Assembly: GCA_030390025.1 (NCBI GenBank)
Contig: CM059432.1
Location: 98,334,001-98,398,000 of the forward strand
Direction of reading: 5' to 3'
Source of the DNA: Squalus acanthias
Taxonomy: Eukaryota
Length of the DNA stretch: 64,000 bases
A program made the position numbers and the translations under genes. Each line of letters opens with the position of its first letter. Positions within the stretch are counted from its first letter, which is position 1. The notes beneath the pieces are model-generated. The model saw only the letters and a program-made list of their open reading frames with translations, did no database searches and was not told the origin of the DNA. Of this stretch, positions 63,693 to 64,000 are shown one piece after another.

Positions 63693-64000
63693 GGCCGGAA
63701 TTTTTAGGGGGGTCAGTGAGGGCATTTGGAGGCGGGTCGGCTGGGAAAATGTTTTTTTTTTGACAAGAGTAGGGAACCCGCTGTCAAACCGCCTCCATCG
63801 CAGAACAGGCCTGACACCAAGTGGCGGGGGAGGCATTTGACATCATTAGATACATTGTTAAGAGCCAATTAAGTAGTATTTTATGCCTACCTTTCAATTT
63901 TACGTGTTCCCCCACAGCTTCCCCACTACTCGGGGATCACGTCATGTCAGGAGGTCGGGTGTTGTGTCAGCATGTGATGATTTCTTCATTTGACAGCTAC
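63693..64000. mobile_element. Probable left end of another Harbinger-type element running off the window
   Basis: GGCCGGAATTTT terminus followed by 'ggaggcggg' subterminal motifs like those at 31317 and 58865 (rc). Confidence 0.55.

Overview
Eukaryotic, repeat-dominated DNA with no securely identifiable host gene. It is most likely intronic or intergenic sequence from a cartilaginous fish (shark-like), inferred from HE1-like V-SINEs, DeuSINE-like copies and CR1 families. Almost all ORFs in the track are pieces of decayed transposons. Retroelements: two near-full-length CR1 LINEs (SGNH-esterase ORF1 plus APE/RT ORF2), many CR1 and L2 fragments, a Tx1-type 3' end, several tRNA-derived SINEs and three solo LTRs. 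DNA transposons: an unusually dense set of PIF/Harbinger elements, comprising six copies with an intron-containing Myb/SANT-like gene (five also keep a convergent DDE transposase gene or part of it) and about ten MITE derivatives, heavily nested. Most notable observations: (i) 11 intact Harbinger insertions have variable 3-bp TSDs but share a palindromic flanking target signature A-N-N-Y-[TSD]-R-N-N-T; (ii) two divergent long solo LTRs share a B-box-containing hairpin with a compensatory base-pair change and a splice donor in the putative R region; (iii) the element at 54654-58902 is about three lesions from intact and appears mosaic relative to its sister copy. A 500-N assembly gap lies at 37498-37997. 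All family assignments are by eye; no database search was run.
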